DNA of 64,000 bases from Octopus vulgaris (Eukaryota), in NCBI GenBank assembly GCA_951406725.2, contig OX597831.1, positions 78,740,001 to 78,804,000 of the forward strand, in the 5' to 3' direction. Under the pieces are notes generated by a model, which searched no databases, was not told where the DNA came from, and saw only the letters and a list, made by a program, of their open reading frames with translations. Shown here piece by piece: positions 14,388-27,394 of the stretch (the stretch's first letter is position 1; each line of letters begins with the position of its first letter). Made by a program: the position numbers and the translations under genes.

Positions 14388-15354
14388 CATACATACATAC
14401 ATGCATACATACATAGGGTTTTTTTCTAATATAAATAAATTCTTGTGTGTGTGTTGAGAATATCTTCAGATACAAGTGAATTGAAGTATACCAATCAGTT
14501 TAAAAATTGTTTTTTGTTTTTGATTTTGATTTCTACTTAAAAAATATATACGCATAGAATAAATTGAAAGTTCTTGCGACGCATTAGAAATAGAACAAGG
14601 GCATCCACAAGCTCTCCAATAATGACATTCTAACCTAAAGAGAACTTATGAGTTGAGAGTAGTATATTAGATATTATTAAAAAATATATGGCCGGCCATA
14701 GATTAAAATTCATAATTAATGATAGGAGTAAATAAGTAAAGTTACTTCCGAGTGATACAAATTTATAGGTTCGATTTCCTGGTTTCCATTACGCATATAT
14801 TCCCCTCCTGGGCGGGGCAGCGGTCAGTCGCAGAATTAATTACTTTTGTCAGCTAAGTGGACTGCAGCAACGTGAAATGAAGTGTTTTGCTCATGAACAC
14901 AACGCGTCACCCGGTTCAGGAATCGAAACCACAATCTTATCATCACAAGTCCAGTGATAGACATCATGATTATTTGTAGTTAAATTTTTTCCGTATTAAC
15001 TATAATTAAAAATACATTCTCGAAAATTGTTGGAAATTTCATTCGACCTACTGACACATCTCTAGTTAGCTATGTTTTATCTTTTACTTGTTTCAGTCAC
15101 GTGATTGCGGCTGTGCTGGAGCGCCACCTTGAAGTGCTTAATTGAGCAAATCGACTCTTAAATTTCCTTTTCCTTATTAAGTCTGGTGTTTCTTCGGAGA
15201 CGCAAACAAACTCTCACTGTTTGTCAAGTTGTGGTGGGAAATGTCATAGAGAGAAACACAAACATTTAGACATATAAATATATACATACACACACACGCG
15301 CAAACATATATGTATATATATACATACATACATATATGTATATATATATACACA

Positions 15355-15670
15355 AACCCACACATGACAGAAGTAAATAGACACCCCATAAAACATCGTT
15401 TTGTGTTTATTCTAACTTGTAAAGATTTACATTTTTTTGTAATTGACATTTTTATGTTTCAGGTTCTATATGTGACTGTTTCATCATGTCATGTACAAAA
15501 GAAGCTTTAAAACTCTGAATTTCAAAGAGGCCGTAATGTGGGTTATTCTGAAGGTGGACATTGTCAGCGTAAAATTGTAGAAAACCTTGGGATTCCGCCT
15601 TCTAATAGAGTGACTGTGCAATTCACCAGAGAGCAGAAGCAGTCCTCGTCAGCTCGCCCAGATCAACCAA
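15355..15670 (+). mobile_element. Tc1-like transposon 5' fragment
   Basis: [36 protein letters not shown] resembles the Tc1 N-terminal HTH. Confidence 0.55.
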
Positions 15671-16359
15671 AAATCAACGCTCCGCAATCACCGCCTGTTT
15701 ATTCGCACGACATCGCTCAAGACATGGTCAGAAACAGAGTTTTCTTTACCACACTGTCACTGGCGATGAAAAGTGGTGACTTTTCGTCAATATGAAGCAG
15801 TGAAAAGAATGGCTGAGGCCCGACAAACAAGCGACTCCGCGAGCGAAGCAAGACTTTCATCCTCGAAAGACCATGCTGTGTTTATGGTGGGATTTGGAAG
15901 GCAGAATCCATTGGAACTGCCTGAGCGCAACCAAACACTCCAACCACATCGACACAACGAAGCAATTCAGCAACATAAAAAAAAGACCGAATAGGCGAAA
16001 TGACGTTCTTCTGCAACATGTCAACGCCCGTCCTCACATCGCTAAAGCTGCGATTCAACAACTCGAATGAGAAATGCTGCCTCATCCTCCATACGCTCCA
16101 GACTTGGCGCCGTCAGATTTTCATCTCTTTCGACCGCTTTCGAACGCTTTGTGCGGTGTATTGCTCAATAATTGTGGAATTGAGGGCGTAGTTGGACGAA
16201 TACTTTGAGTCAAGACCGGGAGATTTCTATCGTCCAGGCATCAAAAAACTTATTGAACGATGGGAGGAAGTCATAAACAACAACAGCAACAGAGAGCATA
16301 TTATTGATTAATTTGTTGTAATGTTTTGTTTAACAAATTTGAAAAACAGTCAACCCAAT
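15670..16359 (+). mobile_element. Mariner transposase 3' half (pseudogene)
   Basis: Frameshifted TGDEKW, HPRKTMLCLWWD, LLQHVNARPH, HPPYAPDLAPSDFHLF and GIKKLIERWEEVI. It ends CAACCCAATA, a likely TIR remnant. Confidence 0.85.
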
Positions 16360-16374
16360 ATATACATACACACA

Positions 16375-16439
<65 letters not shown>

Positions 16440-16461
16440 TTATATATATATATATATATAC

Positions 16462-16500
<39 letters not shown>

Positions 16501-16502
<2 letters not shown>

Positions 16503-16662
16503 TTTAACGTTCTAGCTCACTTCCGCAGTTTACAGCAGCGTTTGGAAGGAAGGGGTGTAGCGTGTGGTCGTCGCATTGACCATGACAGAAAGTTGAGCAG
16601 ATAATCTGGATCAAATTTTGCCAAAAGCTTGGTGATACCTGCCCAGATGCCTGCGCAAAGTT
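16501..16662 (+). mobile_element. Fragment of the same mariner family (5' region)
   Basis: Aligns by eye to 10270-10415. Confidence 0.65.
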
Positions 16663-17563
16663 TTCATAGACTTTCAATCGTTCTCAACCCAGTCAAGGAG
16701 ATTTTTGCAACTGAAGCCCGAATGTCTTATTGGTCAGCTGAAAGACTTTTGAGTTCAAGAAGTAGACGGTACTATCGATGCAATTTCTTGGCTGCCAATT
16801 TAGTTTATCGATCTAGCAAGGATGAAAGGTAAAGCTGACCAAGGTAAAATTTGAACTCAGAATGTTAAGAGGCGGAACAAATCTTACGAGACGTTTTTTT
16901 CGATGTGATTAAGATTCTGTCAGTAGGTTGCTAGAGGGAAAGAGAGAGAGAGAGGGTGTGTGTGTGTGTGTGTGCGTGTGTGCGTGCGTGAGAGAGAACA
17001 AGTGAGTGAGTGAGGGAGAGAGGAAGGGAAGGAGAGGGTGACTGAGAAAGTGAGTGAAAATAAGAGAATAAAAATGAGGGAAAAGCAAAAGGAAAACGAA
17101 AGTGGGTGCATGAGTAAACGAGTGATATGAATGAATGATGATTGAGTGAACGAGAGAGTCATTGAGCGAATGAGACAGAGACAGAGAAAGAGAAATAGAA
17201 GGCAAGGTACAAAAAATACGAGGAAAAAAGAATCAGTGAGTGAGAGATTCGAGCAATCAAATACGTGACTGAATAAGTGAGTGATTGAGCAGAATGAATG
17301 AGTGAATGACATGAGTGAGAGTCTCTGACTCTTAGGTCGATGTCCCTTATCAAATTAGCTCCTTTATTAAATGTTAATGTAAGGAGTTTAATGAATTGTA
17401 ATGGCGGCTTATCTGACCGGCGTAATGGGGCTAAAAGATGGCGGCCGTTGATAGTTTGATGGGAGGAGGGTGGAGGTTGGCAAGAGAAACGGGTTGAAAG
17501 ATTGTATAGAATCACAGGCAGTGCATGTAGCTGTGTGGGGGTGAGTATGTGAGTGTGTGTATT

Positions 17564-17615
<52 letters not shown>

Positions 17616-17999
17616 CAGAGAGAGAAAAAAAGAAAGAAAGAGATTACGAGAAGGTGAAAGAGAAAAAGAGATCGGGGAACAATGAAATACGGAATGACAA
17701 TGAGCGGTATAAGGATGACGACAAAAACAACGACGACGATGATGATGATGATGAAGACGAAGAAGAAGAAGAAGAAGAAGAAGAAGAAGAAGAAGAAGAA
17801 GAAGAAGAAGAAGAAGAAGAAGAAGAAGAAGAAGAAGAAGAACAAGAACAAGAACAAGAACAAGGAGAAGAAGAAGAAGAAGAAGAAGAAAAAGAAAAAG
17901 AAAAAGAAGAAGAGGAAGGAGAAGAAATAAATAACTCAAACAGCAAAAAAAAAATGGCTATTACAACTTCAGCTACTAATATATATATATATATTTATG

Positions 18000-18079
<80 letters not shown>

Positions 18080-18181
18080 TGTATATATATATATATGTAT
18101 GTATGTAGGCATATATATATGTATATATATATGTGTATATATATATGTATATATATATATATGTATATATATATGTATATA

Positions 18182-18242
<61 letters not shown>

Positions 18243-18718
18243 AAATATATATATATACATATTACTTGATAAATTTGTCCGTAAAATTTTTTACCGGCAT
18301 GCCCTATGTTGCCGGGTATATTCTGCGTCTGCGCAGAGGTTTGAAAAGTTAAGATATACAAATCGTTAGACCGACATGTGCTCTAACGCTCTGTGCATCT
18401 AGAATTAGGAAGGCGTCCCGCTGACGAACCTTGCCTTGGCAAACATATTCTGTCTGTTTTGCTAGAAAGAGGTAGAAACTGATCAGTCCGGGATATATCG
18501 TTAATGGTAAATGTTTATGATTTTCATTCTCTCCATGAATTTATCCCTCTTTATGTCTCTAGCACTAAGATTCCTTATTTGGGAGCCTTTTATTATATTT
18601 CTGTATGAATAATATTTTGTCTAATGACTAATTCATCTGTTGTGCTAGGCCACTGGTTATAATAACCTATGTTATTACCCTTTTTGATTATGTTCACACA
18701 CACACACACACACACACA

Positions 18719-18846
<128 letters not shown>

Positions 18847-18951
18847 AGATAAGAAAAGAAAGAAGGAGACCTCAATATTTCGTTGTTTCGGTATTGGTAA
18901 AAATAAAGTACCAGTCATATAGAAGATTTAGTTGAATCGACTAACCGCTTT

Positions 18952-19360
18952 CGCAGGAATGGCTGTGTGGTAAGTAGCTTGCTAACCAACCACATGGTTC
19001 CGGGTTCAGTCCACTGCGTGGCATCTTGGGCAAGTGTCTTCTGCTATATAGCCCCGGGCCGACCAATGCCTTGTGAGTGGATTTGGTAGACGGAAACTGA
19101 AAGAAGCCTGTCGTATATATGTATATATATGTATATATGTATGTGTGTGTGTGTCTGTGTTTGTCCCCCTAGCATTGCTTGACAACCGATGCTGGTGTGT
19201 TTACGTCCCCGTCACTTAGCGGTTCGGCAAAAGAGACCGATAGAATAAGTACTGGGCTTACAAAGAATAAGTCCCGGGATCGATTTGCTCGACTAAAGGC
19301 GGTGCTCCAGCATGGCCACAGTCAAATGACTGAAACAAGTAAAAGAGTAAAGAGTAAAGA
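18952..19360 (+). mobile_element. tRNA-derived SINE family A, full copy. Partial copies at about 3433-3540, 4095-4230, 9262-9600, 15080-15300, 25600-25770, 28590-28760 and 34435-34750.
   Basis: A-box TGGCTGTGTGG, B-box GGTTCAGTCC, CORE-like CTTGGGCAAGT, an internal microsatellite and a LINE-like tail. Confidence 0.85.
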
Positions 19361-19422
19361 GAGAGGAATTTATCTATAAAATAATATGTGACAATTATTT
19401 TACAGATGTATATACACACACA

Positions 19423-19494
<72 letters not shown>

Positions 19495-19557
19495 TACTAT
19501 ATTTGTTCCGCGTCCTCGCGTTGTTGTGTTTTTTGTGCTTTCTTGTTTGGATTAACC

Positions 19558-20863
19558 CACCTCTTACAGCATTATGACTGGGTGTTGAGGCAGTTACTCA
19601 ACAAATCAAATGTGGACGTAATCTGCCTTGATTTTGCAAAAGCTTTGACAAGGTGGATCATGGTATGATATGCCACAAACTACGTGACCTCGGCATAGCT
19701 GGAAAACTTGGAGTGTGGTTGCATGACTTCCTGAAAGATAGGAGTCAGGCAGTAGTGGTTAATGGAGCCACCTCTATGAACACACAAATAGTGAGCGGTG
19801 TTCCACAGGGCACTGTCTTGGGACCACTGCTTTTTATAGTGGCCCTCTCAGATATGCCCTCAAATGCTCGGATAGCCACTCTGGCCAGCTATGCAGACGA
19901 TACGAAAGTCTCGCAGAAAATACAGAACCCCAGCGATGTTGCACACATGCAGCAGGAGTTGGACTCAATCTACAGATGGGCTGAGGATAATAATATAAAG
20001 TTTAATGCTGAAAAATTCCAGGCCCTGCGCTACCAACATCCAAAACTGAATATTAAACTTACAGGATACACCGGTCCACAGGGAATTTCAATCCCAGAGC
20101 CTAAGTCTGTGAGGGACCTGGGTATCGACATGAGTGATGATACCTCTTTCCAAGTGCACATTACCAGGATGGCGACAAAGTGCAGACGACTGGCTGGGTG
20201 GATCCTAAGAGCATTCAGAACCAGAGATAAGGAAACCATGATGGTCCTCTGGCGGACATTCATCCTCAGTCGCCTGGATTACTGCTCACAGCTATGGTCA
20301 CCCACCAGTGTAAAATTAACAGCAGACCTTGAAGCAATCCAGAGAAGATTCACAAAGAAGATCGTCTCTTTGCAACAGCTCAGCTACTGGGAAAGGTTGA
20401 AACAGCTAAGACTCTACTCCCTGGAAAGAAGACGGGAGAGGTATGCAATAATATATGTCTGGAAGATCCTGGAAGTAATTGTGCCAAATTTTGGCATTGT
20501 AAGATACACCAATGCTAGAACGGGACGACACTGCATAGTGTCAAAGATCCCAGCAATGCCATCACGCTTCAGGACCAGCTTCTGCAACAACCTGGGTTTC
20601 AAGGGCCCACAGGTTTTTAATATTCTCCCAGCGAGTCTGAGGAACTTGCACAAAGTAGATGTAGCGGTTTTTAAATCAAAACTGGACATCTTCCTCTCAA
20701 GAGTCCCAGATGAAGCTACCTCACGGCAAGAGGTGCAAATGAGAGTAGCTATATCAAACTCCATTATTCACCAAGTGCCACATATTAGAGGAGGCTCTTC
20801 GTAATAACAGTGTAGCACAAAACGGCGGTGCATCAGCATGGCCGCAGCTCTGAGCTGAAACTA

Positions 20864-20866
<3 letters not shown>
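19558..20866 (+). mobile_element. 5'-truncated CR1/L2-group LINE (RT, C-terminal region and 3' tail)
   Basis: ORF 19653-20804 has RT motifs GVPQGTVLGPLLF and YADD, plus SRLDYCSQLWSP and LERRRERY. The upstream segment reads LLQHYDW..DFAK with a frameshift. It ends GGCGGTGC..CAGCATGGCCGCAGCTCTGAGCTGAAACTAGAA followed by (TA)n. Confidence 0.93.
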
Positions 20867-20905
<39 letters not shown>

Positions 20906-21110
20906 GTATATTTGTAAAGTATAATTAAAAATATAGATAAGAAAAACCAAATGTAGAAACACATTTCTTTTAAAAATTCAAAATAAATTATGGAATGGAG
21001 GGAGTTTAAAATGAAAGGACGTTTAAAATGAAATGACCGTAGGAATATTATATATATATAATAAATATAACACACACACACATAAATGTATATATATATA
21101 AAAAAAAAGA

Positions 21111-21146
<36 letters not shown>

Positions 21147-21333
21147 GGAAAGTTTACGAAAATAAACAAAAGACGAAGGTGATGTATAAAACAAACAGAT
21201 GTATTAATATAGCGCTCGGGAAGAGAAAAGTCTTTTAAGTTTCGAACCTACGCTCTTCTACAGAAAGGTACACAGAAAAACAAGGAGAGAAAATAATGTG
21301 TGTAGTAGCTAACGATCTATCATGGCGTCTGAC

Positions 21334-21433
21334 NNNNNNNNNNNNNNNNNNNNNNNNNNNNNNNNNNNNNNNNNNNNNNNNNNNNNNNNNNNNNNNNNNN
21401 NNNNNNNNNNNNNNNNNNNNNNNNNNNNNNNNN
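21334..21433. other. Assembly gap (100 N)
   Basis: Run of N. Confidence 1.
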
Positions 21434-22002
21434 CTCGGACAAAGTGGTCAGACTGGAGGGGGGGGGAAGTAGGGGAGATAACAAGGTCAGGATGACCTCC
21501 AACACGAAGGATCCCCAACACAAAGGTGCGTGTGTGTATAAGAGAGTATGTATGTGCGTGTGAAAGAGGGCTGGTGGTCTGGACTTGTGCGTGTATGTAT
21601 GTGTAAGGGTGAAGATGTGGGGATGGGTGTGTGGGTGGTGTGTTGTGATGTAATGTGTAATGTTGTATGGTGTAGTGCAGTGTGGTGTGATGCTGTGGGG
21701 AGGTGGGGAAGGCGAGAGTGGGGAAAGCACAGCTGGGGTGTGGGTTCGGCTGGGGGATGGGGTAGAGTGGGGGTTGTGGATAGACAGGGGGTGGGGTAGA
21801 GGTGAGGTATGTGGGGGAGGGGTGTGGGATAGGGGTGAGGTATGTGGGGGTGATTGGAAGGATAGGGAAGGAGGGGAGAGAAAGAGAGTAGGAGAGAAGA
21901 GAGGCGGAGAGAAGAGAGAAAGAGAGTAAGAGAGAAGAGGGAAAGAGAGTAGGAGTGAAGAGAAGTAGGAGTCGGGGAGGAGTATACATACATATATATA
22001 GG

Positions 22003-22037
<35 letters not shown>

Positions 22038-22071
22038 GTATATTTTATTTTATTTTTTATTTTTTATTTTA

Positions 22072-24685
22072 TCTAGTTTCAGCTCACGAGCTGTGGCCAT
22101 GCTGGGGCACCGCCATTTGGTGTTGCTACATGATTTTACTTCACGAATGCTTTTTAGCAATTGTCATTTGGTGCATGAGAGTGTTCGATGCAGCTGCCCT
22201 CATCTGCACCTCCTGCCGTGAAGTAGGTTCATGTGGGACACCTGACAGGAAGAGATACAGTTATAATTTAAAGACATCAGCATCCACCCCATGCAGGTCT
22301 CTTAGGTCCTTCGGGAAGATATTGAAGAGCTGTGGGCCTCTGAAACCCAGGCTATCACAGTATCTTGTCCTACATCTTGATGGCAAATTTGGAGTCCTTG
22401 GCACTATGCAGTGGCGCCCAGTTCTAGTATTTGTGTAACTCTCAATGCCAAGGTTTGGGACAAGTCCTTCTAGGATCTTCCAGATGTATATTATGGTATA
22501 TCTTTCTCGCCTACGCTCCAAGGAATAGAGTCTTAATCTCTTGAGTCTTTCCCAGTAGCTTATATGCTGCACAGAGGCTATCTTATTCGTGTAGCTTCGT
22601 TGGATCGCCTCAAGTTCTGTAATTAACTTGACACTGGATGGTGACCATAGCTGAGAGCAATAGTCAAAGTGGCTTAGGACAAGTGTCCTCCAGAGGACCA
22701 TCATGCTTTCCTAGTCTCTTGTTTTAAAGGTTCTAAGAATCCATCCAGCCAGCCGCCTACATTTCATTGCCAATTTAGCAATATGCACATGAAAGGTTGC
22801 ATCATTACTCATGTAAATACCCAGGTCTCGCACTGATTGTGCCTCTGGGATCGCAATCCCTCCAGGTCCAGTGTATTTAGTGGGTATTGCATTTAGTTTT
22901 GCATGCTGATAGTATAAAGCTTGAAACTTTTCAGCATTGAACTGCATGCTATTCTTTTCAGCCCACTTGTATATTTTGTCCAGCTCACATTGCAGATGCA
23001 TAGTGTCTTCAGGATTCTGTATTACCTGTGAAACTTTTGTATCGTCTGCATAACTTGTGATCGTGGATCTCTGCGTGGCTGAGGGCATGTCTGAGAGGGC
23101 CATTATGAACAGTAGTGGTCCCAAAACAGTGACTTGCGGAACACCGCTCACTATTTGCGTGTTAATGGAAGTGGCCCCATTAGCTACCACCACCTGGCTT
23201 CTATCCTTCAGAACGTCATTAAGCCAGTCTCCCAATTTTCCAACTATGCCAAGATCACGCAGTTTGTGACATATCATTCCATGATCGACTTTATCAAAGG
23301 CCTTTGCAAAGTCGAGATATATGACTTCCACATTTGAGTGGTTGAGCAGTCGTTTCAGCACCCAGTCATAGTGTTGTAGGAGCTGAGATAGGCAGCTTCT
23401 TTCTGGTCGAAAACCATATTGGGTATCAGGCAACAAGTCATTTTCTTCAAGGAAGGTGATTAGTTTCCTTCTGACTATTCGTTCCATGACCTTGCTAATG
23501 TGTGAGGTCAGAGATATAGGTCTGTAATTCTTGGCCTCCGCTCTGCTACACCCGTTATGAATAGGGCATATTTTACCTTCCTTCAGTTTTCTTGGAAGTT
23601 TGCCAGTTGCAAGGATGCTCTAAAAGAGGAACTGCAGTGGTCTTGCTAGGACTCTCTTACATACTTTTAGAAGGATTGCTGGGAATCCATCGGGGCCAGT
23701 AGCTGAGTTTGTTTTCATTTCATCTATAGCCTTTATTACATCGTCTTCCTTTATATTGATGTAATCAATCATCGCTGCCTCTGATTTTATATCTGCAGTG
23801 GTAAAGAAGTCAGTTGGATTGCTGACTTGAAAATGCCCTAGGAGTGGAGTGAAAATACTCTTGAATTGCTCATTTAGTATTTCACTTATCCTCATTGGAT
23901 TTTCTGTGAGTGTACCATCCTTTTTAAGGAGTGGCCCTATACTACAGTGCACCGTAGCTGTTTCTTTGGCATACCTGTAGAAAGCTCTGGGGTTAGATTT
24001 TATGTTGCCTATAGCCCAGGCTTCTTTGTCTGCTCTTTCTTTTTCATGGGAGAGTTGCAGACAGTTTTCAATTTCCAACAGTTTTATTTTCAGGCGGGAA
24101 TTTTCACTGCTTTCAATCTGTTTGTTTAGGCGATTTGAAACTTTTGTATGCCGTCTCATTAGAATTTTCCACTGTCTGGGGATTTTGTTCTTGTGTTCAG
24201 TGGCCTTTCTCTCTGGGACACATTTGTAGCATATGGCTTGCATTACAGACATGAATTGTTGAAGTTTCATGTCGATGTCTGGCGAGGAGAGACATTCAGG
24301 TCAGTTTGTTTGAGGATCTCTTTCTCAATTTGTTTCCAATTTGCCTTATGGAAGTTCAAGCTGGAAAGATTCTGAGAGTTTCTTGTAGACTGCATGTCCA
24401 TGCTTTCCTTTGGCCCGTACATGGTCAGCTCTACCATGTTGTGATCCGAGAGTAGTGTCGGTGTCACTTTCACATTATGTATGAGATCCATACTATTTGT
24501 GAAGAAGAGATCCAGTATGTTACCTGCCCTGGTTGGTTGGAGTATTATTTGCTCCATGTACATTGTTGATGAGGTTCAGGAGGGACATCGCCTGTCCTCG
24601 TTCGCATAGTGTCATTCCTGGGAGAGAAAGGCTTTGGGGCCATCTGACATTGGGCAGATTGAAGTCTCCCATAAGAAGTACACTT

Positions 24686-24688
<3 letters not shown>
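22072..24688 (-). mobile_element. Degenerate CR1/L2-group LINE ORF2 (APE endonuclease C-terminal half plus RT), same family as the 19558 copy
   Basis: Minus-strand ORF pieces carry APE motifs GDFN, PTRAGNILDLFFTN and SDH, then GPDG, QYGFRP, YLDFAKAFDKVDH and YADD, broken by stops and frameshifts. The 3' tail matches the 19558 copy and the 5' end is cut at a (TA)n tract. Confidence 0.93.
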
Positions 24689-24732
<44 letters not shown>

Positions 24733-24735
<3 letters not shown>

Positions 24736-25270
24736 AGGAAGAAAATACAAGGTAGAAAATGCTAAAATGATTGTATCATGAAGGACATTCTTGTACCGAT
24801 TTCAGACTTTGCGACTTTTTCAACTTAAAGTAAAGCAGGAAAAGCAATTAAATCGTGGAAAAATTAAATGAAATACTTTTTAAAAATATTTCTATAGTTT
24901 TCAAATACATGAGATACTTTCCTTGTTTCTGTCTGTCTGTATCTCTCTCTTTTACTTTTGTGAAGGCTCGGTTGGTAGGTAGGTAGGTAGGTAGGTAGGT
25001 AGGTAGTAGGTGATCTGAAGAAATATTTAATATTAAATATTTCTTCAGATCTTGCTACTACCTACCCACCAAAGATGTAAAAGAGTTAGAAACAGAAAAA
25101 AAAGAAAAATGTTCCACGTATTTGAAAATTATGGAAATATTTTTAAATAATATTTCATTTTTTTTTATTTTTCCATGATCTAATTGTTTTTCACAAAGTC
25201 TGAAACCGGAACTAAAATATTCTTCATGATAAAATGTTAGCATTTTCTACCATGTCCTATTTTCCTTATA
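24733..25270. repeat. Large imperfect inverted repeat with a perfect 40-bp central palindrome (25012-25051)
   Basis: GATCTGAAGAAATATTTAAT|ATTAAATATTTCTTCAGATC. The outer arms GGTAGAAAATGCTAA / TTAGCATTTTCTACC also pair. Confidence 0.85.
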
Positions 25271-26215
25271 CATACCAACTAGTGTGTTACTTTCAAACTT
25301 CTACACACACACACCTATACATATACATGTATATGTATATATGCATATATATATATATATGTTTAACTCGTGAAGACCACTTGCATTTTTTCCCTCTGTC
25401 CTCCCACCTCGGGATCTTTCTTTCTCCTATGTTTCCGACGAAGAGCTCCGCTCGAAATGTCATACCCTCCTTCTTCCCTTTTTTCCTGAGCGCCCAATAA
25501 TACTTTATTTGTTCCACATCCTCGCGTTGTTGTCTTTTTGTTTTCTTGTTTGGATTAACTTTATATATATATATATATATATTTGTGTGTATATGTGTGT
25601 GTACATGACGGAATTCTTTCAGTTTCTTTCTACGAAATCCATTCACAAGTCTTTGGTCTGGTCCAGTCTATCGCAGGAAACACTTGCTAAAGGCGCCGCC
25701 ACGCGATAGTACCGAACTCAGAACCACATGGTTGGGACGCCAACTTATTATCACTCAGTCGCGCCAGCATATTTAGAACAAAATCGGTATTTTCTCGAAG
25801 AGTATCATTAGGGGAACATTTGTCCTCTTAATCAAAGGGACGGGATCGAACGCTGAATGAGAACTGATTCAGTGAAGAGGCTCTAACATCAATTGTTATA
25901 CCCGCATGCATGTTCAGTAACATTGCAATTAGTTCTGCAGGAAGTGCTTAGAATATATTTTCATATCGAATTAATTCGGGCGCTGGTTGTCGAATCGTTT
26001 TACAATGTTTGCCAAATATGCTCAACCGGAAACGTTTATTTGGATATTCACTTAACGGAAGTATAAACAGAGCGATAGCTAAACGCGGTTACTGCAATAG
26101 CATACGACCATATGGGTCCTAACTAGGTCGAATTCAGGAATTTTTCTGGTGATCACTTGATAAGCCATAAAAAACCAAAATAACACGAATTTATTGTATT
26201 TATGAATTTAGACTA

Positions 26216-26249
<34 letters not shown>

Positions 26250-26258
<9 letters not shown>

Positions 26259-26374
26259 GAAGGAGCTTCTACAGGACTAGAACTGTTTCATTCAAGAGAA
26301 ATCATCAGGAGCTTCCTGATGATTTCTCTTGAATGAAACAGTTCTAGTCCTGTAGAAGCTCCTTCTATATAATA
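26250..26374. repeat. Perfect inverted repeat, 61-bp arms, 3-nt spacer
   Basis: 26250-26310 is the exact reverse complement of 26314-26374. Confidence 0.95.
26307..26363 (+). ncRNA. Type I hammerhead ribozyme
   Basis: Stem I AGGAGCUUC/GAAGCUCCU; CUGAUGA at 26316-22; stem II UUC-UCUU-GAA closed by U.U; GAAAC at 26335-39; stem III ACAG/CUGU; GUA site with cleavage after 26354. Confidence 0.7.
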
Positions 26375-26443
26375 AATTAATTTTACTCTGCTATGTATTG
26401 AGTACCTTATTTACTGTGGTTAACCCCGAATCAACCCGGGACC

Positions 26444-26521
<78 letters not shown>

Positions 26522-26887
26522 AAATATATATATAATATATATAATATATAGATATATACATATGTAATATCTATATAATATGATATATATATATGTAATA
26601 TATATATAATATATATAATATATATATATGTATATATATATACATATATATATATGTATATATATATGTGTGTATGTATTTATATTTATTTATGTTCACT
26701 TATACATTGTGTACTTATTGTATCATATTGCTCATTGATGTGCATTGTTTTGTTCTATACTATTATGTTTGACCTTGATGTTCATATGTAGTGGTTTAAT
26801 AAATTATGTGATTGGGTATTATCTGGTAGTCGATTATTGATTAAGGTGTATTTCTCCATTTTCGTATTTCTATATTTCTCTCTCTCT

Positions 26888-27036
<149 letters not shown>

Positions 27037-27065
27037 TATATATATGTAGATATTAATATTCTTTT

Positions 27066-27199
27066 ACACGTTTCAGCCCTAAGTTTGTGGGCATGCTGGG
27101 GCACCGCTTATGAAAACGTTGAATTTTCCGTACGAGTGGGTCTCGAACCGAACCCACTGTTATGTATTCGCGACAAGTGTGCTACCATTACACTAATGA
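27066..27199 (-). mobile_element. Short tRNA-headed SINE (family E) with the CR1-group LINE tail
   Basis: A-box TAGTGTAATGGT, B-box GGTTCGAGACC, then GCGGTGCCCCAGCATG..GCTGAAAC. Confidence 0.6.
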
Positions 27200-27394
27200 T
27201 ATATATATATATACGTTCTGAGTTCAACTTCCGCCGAGGTCGACTTTGCCTTTCATCCTTTCGGGGTCGATAAATTAAGTATCAGTTGCGTACCGGGGAT
27301 GATGTAATCGACTGTCCCTCCCCTAAAATTTCGGTTATTGCAAGAAACGGATCTTGTACAGATATAATTATACATGTCTGTACATGTCACATTA

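Noticed and set aside
21690-21900. G-quadruplex-prone tract
   Set aside because: Low-complexity part of a repeat beside an assembly gap, with no evidence of function.
19558-24688. A single large inverted-repeat element or gap-induced duplication
   Set aside because: The two LINE copies are clearly diverged with separate truncation points, so they are independent insertions.
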